From assembly GCA_907165135.1 (NCBI GenBank), contig OU015569.1, forward strand, positions 4,154,001 through 4,218,000: a stretch of 64,000 nucleotides of DNA, given 5' to 3'. The DNA is from Oikopleura dioica. Its lineage: Eukaryota; Animalia; Chordata. Each line of letters opens with the position of its first letter. The stretch's first letter is position 1. A model generated the notes under the pieces. It was given only the letters and a program-made list of their open reading frames with translations, did no database searches and was not told the origin of the DNA. Below are positions 1-13,500 of the stretch, one piece after another. Both the position numbers and the translations under genes were made by a program.

Positions 1-10
1 AAAGACTCCG

Positions 11-1939
11 ATGACTGCTGACGAAAACCCGTGGAATTCAATTCTGCACTCAACTGAAGAAATGTGCCTCTTTGCGAATCTTCCAGCTTGTTCTGAATCG
101 CTTTTCAAAACAGTTCTCAAGTCAAACGCTTGCCATAATGAACGCTTGCTGGAAATCTTTCAAATGGTCGTTCAAAAAGTCGCTGAAGTCTCAGTTACTG
201 GTGATTTTGACAGAACTTGTCTCTATTCAATCCACGAGGCTCCTTGTCATCTTCTCGATTTTAAGCAAACGAAATCGACAAGACAGGGATGTTAATTTTA
301 TGATTTTAAAATAGTTTATTTCTCATGAAAAAACGATTGTTCCGTAAAGATCAAATTGACATTCCAGTATTAGAGATTTTGTCTATCAACTGATCCATGT
401 TCTTAAAAAATGGGCATTAGAAAAATGTGGAAAGAATCATCTAAAATCCTTCTTGTTGCCGATGTTATTGGAAATGCTTGCTATAGTTGACGAAAGCAGA
501 GACAATGAATGTCCAAGCTTGCCGATTACTTTCAACATAAGCGAAGAAGAGTTCGACAATTTGAACTTTTCAGAGTTACCCGAAAAAAGTGCTCAAATGC
601 AAACCATTGATCACGCTACTCCAAGACCAATTGTCAATCGTAAGTTTACTTCGATTTTTCCGACGTTAAGTATTTTAGGATTCACTACACTAAAAGACGG
701 TCTCTGCGCCGCGAAATCCTTCGGTCGACTTGCTCCCGTCGTGTTCAAAGCCCGAGCATTTGACATCCGAAATCCTGAACTTGCTATCGACAGGTTTAAA
801 TCTTTTGCAGAAGAAGTCGGCAAAGTAGGAAAGAAAACAGCGCAACTGGAACGACGAAAGCGTAAATGCGACCTAGCGAACGCAGGAAAGATGCCATGCC
901 AACTTCTGGACTTTCCGACAGATGAAAGGGCTTGCCAGCTTGCACTGCGAGCAAAGGAGGTTTACGAGTACATGAGCGAACGCTGCGACTTGGAATGGAG
1001 ACAGTACTATGGAAACGTAATAAAAAAAATGTAGAGTTAAATGAACCTTTTTCAATTCAGATAATTGATGAGCTCATCGAATCTTCTGAAAACAGCGACG
1101 GAAGTCCTTGTTCCGACGGGATTGATGAAAAAGCGATGCTTACTAAAACTCGCAAGCTATCCAAAAAGTTCAAGAAAAAACACGGGTACCACTTCAAGGA
1201 GGCTCTGGCGGAAGCGAAAGCACAGTTGAAACAAGAACGGGAAGATGCGAAAGTTTCCCGTCTAGCGCTAAAGAAGCAGCGTGAACAAGAGAAACATAAT
1301 GTTCGAGTTGAAAAATTAAAGACATTAGCGTCGAACAGGCTCGAGGCCGCAATGCTTGAAGTAAACAAAAAACAGGAGAAGCTTGAAGCTTTAAAGATCG
1401 CTGTTGCCGCTGCTGAAGCTGGGAATTTTGCCCTTTTAGGTACTTTTTTCTGTCTTTTCAAAGCCATAATACTTATCTCAGAACGAAGACAGACGAAAAA
1501 AGAGAGCAATGTGATGCTTTTAGACGTTTTTGGAATTGAAGAATCAGAAGAAGAAGAGGAGGAAGAATATCAATGTTCATTCCCCGAGAATCTTCCGTTC
1601 GAGGAAGCTCGTGAGAATTTTGAAGGTCTTACGAGCAGTTATCTAGAAAGTACCAGACTCATATCATTCGGAATAGTTCATAGAGTCCGGCGTAGATTTT
1701 TCGACGCGCTTGATTACATAGAAGACTCACAAAAAGACTGCTTAGAGCAACAAGTACTTTTGAGCTGCAGAGACCTGCATCTTATATTTTATTCGACAGA
1801 TTCCGAGGATAGACATGTCAAACTTATTATCAAAGCAGCTGCGAATTTAGTCACGCAAGTTGAACGGGAGTGTGCAAAGATTTCATTTCCCGAGTTTTAT
1901 ATAACTATTCGTGGGAAATCAACGAGTATTATAATGTGA
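11..1939 (+). CDS. Uncharacterised multi-exon gene with a K/E-rich coiled-coil segment; 5' end probably outside the window, exon structure uncertain
   Basis: Protein-like ORFs 11-295, 453-1034 and 932-1939. A GTAATA...TTCAG intron near 1017-1060 joins the latter two frames. No family recognised. Confidence 0.4.
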
Positions 1940-2199
1940 ATTCATTTAAAAATATGATAAAATCGCTTTATGTAAATATTAATTGTACAAATCAACAACG
2001 GTCCCGATATGCTCCTAGAAAGAAAAACCTGAAGAATGTAAATAACCATTGGACTCTTGAAGAAAAGAAGCCTTTCGTAAAGGAATACAAAGTTCTCTTC
2101 ACTCGAACTGCAATAAAATAATACTTTATAATATTTGAGTATATTTTTATTTTCTAATTGTGAACAGATACAATTTATTTTCTATTTCTTTCCAATTTA

Positions 2200-3093
2200 T
2201 TATTTTGGAATTCGGACTCGTCGTTTCTGCGATGCTCGCTTTAACTCCGCCTTCAACTGGGCGTTCTCCTCGTCCTAAAATTTCTTAATTAATTCATTGA
2301 CAGATTTCAAAGGAACTTGCCATAAGTCTTGCCTTCTTTCGCTGTTCTTTCGACTGTTCTATGTACGAGTCCATGATATCTTCGAAGCTCGTTTGAGTAG
2401 CTTCAGTGGCACTAAAGAATTGTTGTTTTATTTTTGTTTTAGTGCTAAGAAAGTTAAATTACGTTTCTTTCTTGAAGGCTTGAAGTTGTGCTTCTAGTGA
2501 CGCCGCATGGTCGGAGATAATATTAGTCTCTTTCTTGAGACGTTCATAGGAATTATTCATTTCCACATAGTTCTTCTGAAGTGTTTCGTATTGACGCTAA
2601 AAGTTAACATTTACGGTCTTTTAACATTTAAAAGTCTAGTGCGGTAACAAAATTCTTGATCAGCACATTCTTAGCTTTCGATAGACCGCTTATAAGCCTT
2701 ATTTCGATGTTATTGAAAAGTCGAAAAAAATTCCGATTTTTACGCTTAGTATAAATTACATGCATTTTTGAAATTTTCGAGGGCAAAAATTTCAGGGATA
2801 TATGTTCGTAAAGGGGTCATGTAATACACAAAATGATCCTCAGATCACGAGGAATCTAAATATGCCAGATATAACCCCCTAATTATGAAAGACTTGAAAA
2901 AGCAGGGGGGATCCCTTAAGATCATAAGGGCCTTGGCTGCGAAGGCTTTGTTTTTAGCAAGTACCGCGTCTCGAAGTCTCTCTAGAGAGTGGTCGTATTT
3001 GAGTTGCTTTATTTGATTGTGGAATTTTTCTTCGGTCTTCTTCGTGGCGTCCTCGACCAGTTTGTTGACGATTTTGTTGATCTCGTCTGTCAT
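2200..3093 (-). CDS. Uncharacterised spliced coiled-coil gene
   Basis: Helical heptad-like segments (MTDEINKIVNKLVEDATKKTEEKF; YERLKKETNIISDHAASLEAQLQAFKKE; FEDIMDSYIEQSKR) separated by AT-rich stretches resembling short introns. Boundaries approximate. Confidence 0.4.
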
Positions 3094-3428
3094 CTTTTCC
3101 TTCTCTTTTCGGTTTTCTTCTATCTGCGATTTGTAGTTTTGAAATTAAATCGAGATTTTGCAATCGGAGCTCTTTTTTTCGGATGGAGAGACAATTCCCC
3201 CGGTTTGAAAATTTGCCACCGGGTTCTATTTTTAGAGATGAAAATCCCTGTATCGAGCAACAAGAAAGTCGGCAAAAAAGGTGACAACTCTCACGGTCCA
3301 TTCGTAAGAGTCGCCAATTCGATTGAACTGGCAGCTTCGTCGCGACGTTATTCGAGAGTTCTGCTCGACCAGAACCGCTCCTCCATGATATCCGCAGAAA
3401 ATTATCAAATCTAAGTGATCTTGACCAC

Positions 3429-3503
3429 GGGGCTTCGCCCCTTAGGTCCTAAAATGCCGGGGTCTAGTCTAGGGTTACTTAGGGTTACCTTCGGTAACCC
3501 TAA
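3429..3503. repeat. Cluster of short perfect hairpins
   Basis: GGGGC-TTC-GCCCC (3429-3441), TTAGG-T-CCTAA, CTAG-T-CTAG and TTAGGGTTACC-TTC-GGTAACCCTAA (3479-3503), read directly. Confidence 0.85.
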
Positions 3504-3728
3504 CACGAAACAGCTAGCAGAGTCTTTCTAGACTTTTCAGATTCGGCAATTCACGGATAAAGCTACTTGGCTGAAGGATGAAAAAGGCAACACATGCACC
3601 TTCTCAAGGACGAAGTAAATTTCTAAAGCAAAGTCTCAACCTTATAGCGAGTAAAACAAATGGTTTTATTCGATGTAATAAATAACGAATTAGATCAGTG
3701 TTGACCTCTCATAAATTATGAGTCATAA

Positions 3729-3819
3729 TAATTTGATTCGTAATTTATTTTAGCCCAAACGCGTCCCCAATAAATTACGAATCAAATTAAATAACGAATT
3801 CCTGAATTAAGAATTCGTT
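3729..3819. repeat. 21-bp perfect inverted repeat plus an adjacent 9-bp inverted repeat
   Basis: TAATTTGATTCGTAATTTATT (3729-3749) pairs with AATAAATTACGAATCAAATTA (3769-3789) across a 19-nt spacer. AACGAATTC (3793-3801) pairs with GAATTCGTT (3811-3819). Confidence 0.85.
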
Positions 3820-4298
3820 GACTTGACAAGTTTATCATGAGGAAGTGAGCAGTCAGCGATCGACTCTCACACTCGTAAATCCACAGCTGTAGTAATAACT
3901 GATTTCGATACTTTTAATCCAAAATGGTAAATTATTAAGTGGCTATTTTGAAAAATTGAGTTAGAGTGCGGCCGATAAGAACGAGAGTAAACTCTAGAAT
4001 TAGAAAATCCAAAGGTCGAATGAGACGTTGAATCTGCCCTGGTGGTCTTGTCGCAATCGAGAGAATATAACGATTCTTTACCGTAAGTAGCGTTTTTCTA
4101 AATAAAAATAACGCGCTGACGGTCGGAATGCGGAAAAATTTAAAGCTGTCACATTTAATTGTTTTAATGTGAGAACGACCGGGGCATGATCACTTCCAAT
4201 GCTCGCAATAATTACATTCAATTTGTAATCATTTATCAAAAGGACACACTGACAACTACGAGTCAAGATTCTTTCAAATTTTATACTGTATATAAAAA

Positions 4299-4341
4299 TT
4301 TACTCTGTATAAATTATACTGTATAATTTATACAGAATAAA
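4299..4341. repeat. Near-perfect AT-rich palindrome
   Basis: TCTGTATAAATTATAC-T-GTATAATTTATACAGA (4304-4336), extending a further 4 bp after one mismatch. Confidence 0.85.
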
Positions 4342-6024
4342 CTCTTTCCTCCTTATGTTAACATAATGATAGCATTTAAAATAAGCCACATTTGAGAGAC
4401 TCAAATCATAGGCATCTCTAGTGTCAAAATTTTGAGAAGTTGCTTTGTTAAAGTGCCAAACTTTTATTGCAAGGAGGTTGTCGGAGCTCCACGCACCTTG
4501 GGCCGATGAGGATGGTTTTATCAAGGGCCTGCCTGACGCGAGAGAAAATAATCTTGCGGAATTGAGCATTTTATTTCTGAAAGGGCGTTCGGGCCGCGGG
4601 GGCATCCCACTCCTTCCCTGACTCTCTGCTGAGAAAGAAACCTTTTACCAGAAGTTCCTCTGCCGTTGACGTCCGCAGAGTTAAGTTTCTAGTAGTCTGA
4701 GAAAAGCTTGATGGAGAGCCCGCTCGATATTCATTAACCGTGTTACGGAGTAAATAAACGCGCTGCCTTTGACCATAACACCGCGCAGAGCGTGAAGATC
4801 GCATTTGAGAGACTATTTCAGAGTCGGATTTTGTGAGCAAACACCAAGCCACCAGAACATAGAAGAAAGACCGCGATTGTTTCCTTTGGGGCCGAAGAAG
4901 GATCAGTAGGAGCGAGGGCGCTGGGGAGCGGGACCTCCACCAAAGAGACCAAAAGTACTACTCCCGGAAATTGTCCTTCAAATCTTGCTTTGCCTTCCTC
5001 AACAAGAAAGAGATCCTCAGAGAGCAACAGAGAGACACACAGCCAGGATGATGAAGAAAGTTCTCCTCTTTCCCATACTTTTAAGGACAAAGCCGGTTCA
5101 AATAATCAAAGTCTGATGATCAGACTCTGATCCATAACCATTTCTGTCGGAACCGTCTGACTAAGATTAATGTAGTTTCCTTCGCGCGGACTAAGTTCAG
5201 TATCATCAAGAGTCATAATTGACATTCGAACAAGAACATATTATAGAACAATAATTCTACTAGAATCAGCTTCTACTGGGGCTGAATTTTGCGCTTAGTG
5301 CACTTTAAAGACAAACTCATGTCTAGTCGCTCAATCAGATACTCATTAGAAGATCAGTTTCTCGATACAGTCAGAACGTGATTAATATTTTTAACCGCAT
5401 CAAAGGACTCTCGTGGAAGGCATGCCCTTTCCAACAGACGAACTGGATGAGTTTTTGTAAGTTTCATTTAGATTTTAACGGGACATTAAAAAGTACCATG
5501 CTATTTTAAGATCGCGTTATCAACCGCAAAGTGATCATAAACAGCAAAAAATGTTCGAACCGCCCCGGCTGATCCATTATCATTAAATGTTTCAGATCAA
5601 GTCTCTGCCTTGAGCGGTTTCGCCATTGCTCACTAAAAATAGACTTAGAACAATTGTCAATTGAATAAGCTCTTTGAAATTAATCTGTTTAATTCAGTGA
5701 ACAGAAAGTCGAGCATGCCACCAGAAATGTGAAATCGACACGTCGTCGAAGTCTCATCGTGAAAAACGTTGCAAATGCACAGAGAAGGGTAAGAAAAACA
5801 AGCTTTCCATGACGGCGACATAAGCCTTTGATTAATGATCTTTTCACTGGAATTTTCGACAAACGCGTGACACTACTGTTATTGTGCATAACGGATCGGG
5901 GCTTTGATTTGTAATGAGTGCTGATCTTCATGTTTTCATAATGCATGGATTCGTGAATCAGAAATAAAACTGCTAAAACTCAAGTGTTAGCCATCATGTT
6001 TTAGTTGAAAAAACATGTTTTCAG

Positions 6025-6848
6025 TGGCAGAAAAATTTCCTGAAACAGGTGAAAGAGCACTTTGAAAAACTGGATGACAAGAATGCCGAACTGGAAAGAG
6101 CGCGTATACTCGTAAGGGATTGCTTTGACTGTATAAATAGTTATTCGAAACTTTAGACAGACGACAATGTTTACGAGCTTTCAAATCGAATAGACGCAAA
6201 TGCGGAATTCGTTCACGACGGTAATTAATATCTTTCAGTCGCTCAGCACTGACACGCTAGGGAATACTGCTCCTTAATCTTCATTATTTTTGAGACCTTG
6301 AAAATAGGTTTTTGATGAGTTGAATTATTGCGTTTTGAACCTTGTGGATTCTTGAGCGGCTGCTTACACTCGTACTGCGCTAATAGTATTCAATTTAGAT
6401 ATCAAGCACTTGACAGAAGGCGCGAAAAATATCAATGAGCGGCTGCGGAAGATTGAAAGCGAGCAACGAGAATTAGAAGCTATTATGAACGAGGCAGTCA
6501 GCAAGCCACTCGTTGGAGAGGCGGACTACTCCGACGTAGGAAAAGGATTTTATTTTTATTAGTTTCTTTGCATCTTGCGACAAAATCGTTATTCCGAGTA
6601 AAGATGATTCCACGAGTGAGACTTTGAATCTGTTGAATGAGAAGTACAACAGCCTGGATAAAAGATTCAAGTAAGCGTTCTTCCTTTCAGACAGTGTTGG
6701 ATGATTAAATTTTAGGGACTGGTGGCAAATATTCAACACCAATTTGAAGCAAGCGAACGAGAATAAAAAAGCGATGGATAACATGAAGAATGACATTCGT
6801 GAGTTGGACAAGAAAATTACCGAGCTGCTTGTTAAGATAGACCTATAA
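6025..6848 (+). CDS. Uncharacterised spliced coiled-coil gene (start not defined)
   Basis: Exon-like segments WQKNFLKQVKEHFEKLDDKNAELERARIL, TDDNVYELSNRIDANAEF, NERLRKIESEQRELEAIMNE and KQANENKKAMDNMKNDIRELDKKITELL, with GTAAG...TTTAG introns of about 45 nt between some of them. Confidence 0.4.
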
Positions 6849-7552
6849 CTAGCGATGGTAATTGCTTGACACTTTCCCGCCCGAACGAGATAACGCTGCC
6901 TCACTCCTTTTCTGCACATTTTGTTAATAAGCTTACTCTTTCCTTCAGCACAAGAGAATAGCGTGCTTTGCTGAATACCAGAAAACCAAATTACACTTTT
7001 TTCAAAAATGCAGAGATGCACCTCGAAAATTCCTTCCTCCTCTCAAAACAACAACCGTAAACCCACAGCAAATTTCTATTGATACCAGAAAACTTCAATA
7101 AATAATACAGCATGAGAAATTGTTGAAAATACTTGACGAAAAAAGCTAAATGGCTACTCTTAGGAAGGAACAATTAATCACGCAATATTAGGTGACGGAA
7201 TCGGACTTGAACTTAATCAATTAGGGACATCTACAGTCCTGTTTCTACCCAATGATTTTAATCAAAATACAAAGAGAAATATCTTATTATTCACGTATCG
7301 GTAAAATAAGATTTTGAGTGTATTTGAATGAAGTTTATTTATTAAAAAGGTGCAGTGACTGAACTTTTCAGGTGCAAGTGGAAGTAATAGTTCTTTTTTT
7401 TCTGATGAGTTTTCTTTTTTTTTGGGGGGTTGAACGAGAGAATAATTGGAATGTGACTGTTTGTGTTTAGTGAAGACATGGAAAGCATTCAACTTAAAAC
7501 GTTATAAACATGACAAATACGCTCGAACCTACCATATTTACAAGGGATATCT

Positions 7553-10500
7553 TCATTTGCTCTTTTTGAGTTCGGTCAGTCGCTTGCGAAACTCGGCGAC
7601 GCGTTCGGGACTCATGCCCGGGTTTCTCACGGGAGACGTCTTCAGTAGCTCCGGTTGCTTGTCAAAGCTCTCGAGCTCAGAAGATGAAGGCTCGACAGAC
7701 TCGGGCTCGTGCTTGTTCAATCCAAAGCGCTCACGTAGTTCTTCCACTCGCTCTTCGAAATTGTCTGACTTGAGCTCTACCGCTGGCGGTGGGTTCGTCA
7801 GGCTTTGTCCTGAAAGAATATCATAAAAACGGCAAGAGTAACAATGAAATGCGACTTACCGTGTGAAAGTTTCATGTTTATATACTTTTGAAGTCCTTTA
7901 CTTTCTGATTTTAGGAACTTCTTGATGTCCCAACTCGGATTTTGATTGACAAACTCCGCCAGTGCCACCATTCCCACATCATGAGTTTCCTCAGTTTTTA
8001 TCTTCGCAGTTATTCGACTCGCTTGAGTGCTAAGAAACCATGGGAATTTTTAGGATTCTAAAAAGAGTAACGTACAATAACGGCGTCGGCTGGTTTTCTT
8101 TGTCGTCGAAAGCATTGACCTTGGCGACTTGTTGTCGGAGAATATCATGCAGTGGAATGTAGATTTCCGAGCGCAACTGATCAAGTCGGAGTCGAATGTG
8201 GCTAGCGTTGGTTTTGGCAAGATGAGAAGCGTAAAGACAAAGAAGGCTTAACAGCGTTATTTCATTTAAATTGAAATAAGGTTACCGATAAGTCTCGAAG
8301 GCAGCTTTCTGTTGATAAACCGAATTGCTCTTCGGAAACTTCGTGAAGAATTTACTTAGAGCTCTGATAACTAAAACGAGTGCATCTCCATCTGCTGGAT
8401 TTGCTTCTGGATTTTGGAAGAACTTCAAGAAACAGCGACAGATCTTTTGAAGCTTTTTTGTTTCCCCTTGAAGGTTGATAGACATGACTTCCAAGTATGC
8501 CTTAAATATGCCATGTTACGAATGCCTAATGTTCATGATGTCCTACCGATGTAACTTTCACGTATGAACCAAAATCGTTGATATCCAGGATAATTTGGTT
8601 CAAGTGTGATCCAAGATTGAATTCGCCCTTGTTGTTGATTGACTTAATTTTTGATTATTATGTTTTTAGACATTTTTATACCTTGTCACAACTGACATCG
8701 AAGATTGTCATGATCATGTTCGAGTATGCAGAAAGAGATACAAGTTTTATGAGTTCTTTTCGCCGCAGAATCTTCTGAAAGATGACGCAGATTTGCGTCA
8801 CGAGACTGTAAACACTCCCTGAGAAAACTATTATTAAATAGTATGAAGTCTTTTAACAAACTTGTATTGTTATTTTGCAAAGAGGGAAGAAGTGCTCTCT
8901 GGATCGCTTGACACAACGCGAGAATGATTTCTTCTAGTTTTGCTGGAGGTATGTTTTTGCTTCCAACGTCGCAAAACTTCTCGAACACACAAAGAGCTTC
9001 AGAAATGATCATTTGATTTTCAGAGCCAAAGCTGAAGATCAAATGTTCGAGAAGTTTTTCGTTCAGACAAAGGACTCCTAGTTGATGATCAAGGGCTGTT
9101 ATAGTGTCTTCAGGTGATACATTGGATGAGTCCCGTGTAGTCATTGGCTCAATGTCATCAGCAATGTCGTCGTACTCGACCGGATTCAACCTTACGCGAG
9201 AGATACGAGTTGGTGCCGCCGGAGGAAGCTCAAGTCTGAATCTGGCGTTCTCATTAACTTCGACTGGTCGTTGAGCATTTTTCTCCTCGACGTTTCTTAG
9301 TGCAAGAGCACTTTCAGCTGGGTTGATGTTTATCGTTCCTCGCCGTGTCGGTGACCGAGCTTTCTTTCTAGAATTGGGAGGAGCCTGCGGAGGGGGCATC
9401 GTCACAGTCTCGTTTGTATTAGGTGCAGGTGCAGCGCGCTTTATCCTCTCCTTCAAATATGACTCCTCCTTGTCGCCAAGGCGCCCTATTACTTTAGCAC
9501 TATAGACAGTGTCGCCAATAATGCGATGAACCTCTACCAAGCAATTCATAGCTCCAGAGCGGACATTCTGATCCTTGTCAGCAATGTGGGCAGCGATTTC
9601 TTTTAACGCGCCTTGTTTTGGCGGTCCTGCTACCTCGACTCCACTTTTCGCAATCATCTTCGAACACTGATTCAGACACTCCGTCCTTTGTCGCGAGTTC
9701 TTAGACTTTGCGCCCTGCAGAAGGTACTCGAAGATTCTCTTGTCGTTGCAGCTGTCTTCTAACGCAACGAGCGTAGAAAGCACTACTGAGCGGATTTCCT
9801 GTCGAGATTCACCAAGTTTGCTGATAAGATGAGGCAGGAACGCAACAGATTCATAAGGAGTCATCTCATACTCTGCTTCTTTTAGCTTCTCGCTCAGGTC
9901 AGAAAGCCATGAAAGAACTTTTGTCAAGATAGTCGTGTTCTTTTCATTCATCCTGATTGTCATCCATCGTGTTATAATATCAAGTACGGGAATTATTGAC
10001 TCAAGTGGCTGGGGTTCTAATATGCCAATCACTTTTGCAAGAGCAGTGGAGTCATTCTTCTGCATCAAGGGCGCAAATTTAGATCCAAAGTTTTCGCTTA
10101 TTTGCTTGCTAAGTTGCTCGATAAGTTCTTTTCGACAAGCAGTTCCGGGATCGTAGTGCCATTTTAGAAGCTTTAGCTTAGAGTCTTCTTTTATTCTTTG
10201 ATTCTTTGCTTTTTCAGTGCCAGTGATAATATCGCCGTAATCTTCTTCCTCGACCTTTTTACCGCCGATCTTTTTCTTAGCAGGTGCTTTCTTTTTAACA
10301 GTAGTTTTTTTCTTGGGTTCCTCTTGTTCGACAACAGGTTCATCCTCAACGGCTTCCTGAACAGGGGCTTTTTTCTTAGCTTTTTTAGGCTTTGAAGATG
10401 CCGCCGACATTATATCTCCAGCATCAATAACCTCCGCCTGAACAACGCGTACTGGTGCTTTCGGGAGTAACTCTTTCGCCTTGTCAAGCTCATCGCGTGT

Positions 10501-13500
10501 TTTAGGAGACTTGGCCAACTTAACCATAGCTTGATAACTCGTGTGAATCATGAAACCAAGAAGCGATTTCTGAGCAGCATCTCTCACTTTTCCGTCACGA
10601 TCTTCCATACACGCCAACACATGGGGCAGACAAGCCTCTATGCCTGCTCTTGGGATTTTTTTCTCGTCTGGTAGCTTATCTGCTAGCCAACCGAGAAACG
10701 TGTACCGCAGGTGAATCTTTTTGGCATCGACCAGAAGACCTGCAATTGCTTCATCATCAAACCAGAATCTGAGTGGGACGAGCTCATGCCAAGACGAAAG
10801 TGCACCGGCGCCCTTTTCTCTGATTTGAACCTTCGAATCGTTTAATGCGCCAATTAGAGGAACAACGAAGGACTTAATGTGAGTCTTTGCGCCTTTTTTG
10901 CCGAGAGCAGCTGCAATAAGAATTGCGATGTCAAAGGATGTCTGAACGAGGACTTTGTTGACATCAGTGAACCGCTTGCTCAACGATGCAGGAAGATCTC
11001 CAAGACTGTCTGTGATGAATTTATTTTTCTCAAATAATGCCTTTGTTGTGTCTAGCGCTTCTTTTCGCATTTTCCAGTTCTTGTCCTCCATCATTTCAAG
11101 GAGGGAGGATGTAATTTGGGAAGAAATATCGGTGCGCGGAATGAGATCGTCTTGATCATCCTCATCAGCTTCAGCATTCTCATCGGCCTCTCCGTCACCT
11201 CCTGGACCTACTTTCAGAGCGGCCTGGAGCACTGGACCTCTCGTTGGCGGAGGTGGAGGTCCATCGAAGGCTTTGAGTGCATCGTCGATTTGTGTCTAGA
11301 AGTTTAGAATTAGGAATCTAGTAATTTTAACGAAGAACAAACCTTGATCGCATCTTTTTGGTCATCATACTTGGCTCTCAAAGGTGCGACAAAGCGCAAA
11401 ACAGAGGCGATTGCTTCAATCGCCTTCGTTCTTATTCCTGCATTTGAGTGAGCAAGGGCGATATTGGATTGATCAATGAACATTTTGATATCCAACTTTC
11501 CGAAGCCAAACTGTGGTAAAGCGTCTGCAAACCATGCCCAGCATTCTGCAACGTTTTTCACGCTCTTCAGCTTATTTCCAGCAGGTAACACTCGTTCTGC
11601 CATGTAAGCTAAGCTAACGATGTCGGCCATACCAGATAAAGCTTCCTTCGCTAGCACTCCACACTTGACATCCGAGATTTTGTCGAGACAGTAATTGAAA
11701 ACAATGTTGATAGAAGTTTGTGAGAGTTTGGGGTTTTGCGCGGCAGTGCGTATGATTTTGAACTTTTCCTGATTGCACTGGAAGTTGGTGTCTTTGAAGC
11801 CAGGGGCGAGCGATAAGACTTTATAAATGGCCTGCGTTTTAAGTTCCTGGGGTTCAAATCGGTTAAGTTTATCCGTAACCTCTTGTAAGCCTTCAAGTCG
11901 AATTTTCCAGTTTTTCTCTTGGACTTTCTTGACGGTTTCTTCTCCGAATAAGCCGTTGCAAGCTTCTACAGCGGAATCTTCATCCATGTCTGCTTCTGCT
12001 GGTGGACCAGACACTTCGGTCACTTCTTCCTTTTTGCTCGCTGTAAATTTTTTCGACGGATTTTTGGCCTTTGTTGCAGTCTTGGAGCCTTTAGGTGCCT
12101 CTTTTTTGACTTCCTTTTTCTCTGCAACAGGAGCTTTCTTTATCACAGGGCTTTTCTCTGGGGCTTCTTTAGGGGCACCTTTGAGTTCCTCTACAGCGCC
12201 TTGGTAAAGCTTCATTCTATCTTCTTTGAAATCGCTGACGAACGTGTTCATTATCTTCACGTCTAACTTAGTGCTCATTACAGCAAGCATTTTATAGGCT
12301 CCATCTCGGACATTTTTATCAGAGTGTTCGATGTTTTTCGTCACCTTCGCCATGAATTCTTTGATGAAGGCTTTTGGGAAGATAACCTTTTTCGGCTTTG
12401 AGCAGCGGTACAAAAACAACATCGTCTCGGCGCGTACTCCTGGATTCTTATCCTCCAAAGACTCCATCACTCGGTCCATAATAGCATCAGGAAACTTGAT
12501 GGTCTTCGCAACAGCGTCTGCAGCCTCCCGAGCAGCTTCAAGAACTGTTACTTTCTTCTCTTTGAAGCGAGCAAGGACTTCCTGTAGAATTAACGGCCCG
12601 AAGTTCTTGAAGGACTCTCTCATTGCCTCTGCCATTCGTTTGACGATTTTGAACGCTTTGATGATCAGCAGAACATTTGTGTCTTTCTTTATGAGCGTTT
12701 TCAGATCAGTCATGACAGATTGATACTCCCCAGATGCAAGTTTAATCGGATTCCCTTTCTCCAGCATTAAAATGAGTGCCATTTTATCGAGGGCTTCTCC
12801 GCGCTCCTTCCATTTCTTGGAAGCCATCGCTGCTCCCGCGTCGATCTTATCTTCTCCGAAGCGTGCTTTTCCAAGCTCAGCCAGGAAGTTGACTTCTTCA
12901 GCGAACTCCCAAGCGTCGACTTCCACTTCCTCCTCATCATTATCATCCTCCTCGGCTTCGTCCTCCGACTCAGCCTGAGCGGCTTCTCTCTCAGCTTGCT
13001 GACTTTTGAAGAACCTTTTCTGCTTAGACTTTGATTTAAGGTCCTTCCAAGCGTCTTCGCACTCTTTTATACTTTGCTCGATCTTCGGAACTCGTTCCAA
13101 AGCGTGTTTAACAGGTGCACCAATCCAGCAATGAGCCTCAACGAAGAAATCTTTCGTTGCATTTCGCACGTTTTTATCTCGATGTTGGAAGAGCTTTGGC
13201 ATCTCCGCGAGGCACGCTTTCAGTTGGACGATTTTCGATCCAAATGAAGATAAACACGCAGTGAGGGCCTCCACACAGGCAACGGCAATCTTTGGGTTCT
13301 TGTTTTGAGTCCCCGAAAGCAAACTCGAACACACATCATCGGCCTTTTCGTGTTCAATAAGCAGTTGGCAGCATTCTATCGCGTTTTCTTTGGTTTTGGG
13401 CTAAAATAAAGTTGTCAATGAAAATGTTTTTCCGGTTGTAAGATACTTTCGAGCTGAAGCACTTCGAAATGATACCATCGCAAACTGCCGACACATGCCT

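Noticed and set aside
4078-4266. GSDHAPVVLTL resembling the C-terminal SDH motif of an AP endonuclease (LINE relic)
   Set aside because: No upstream GDFN/QE motifs and no downstream RT were found in any frame; a single motif is insufficient.
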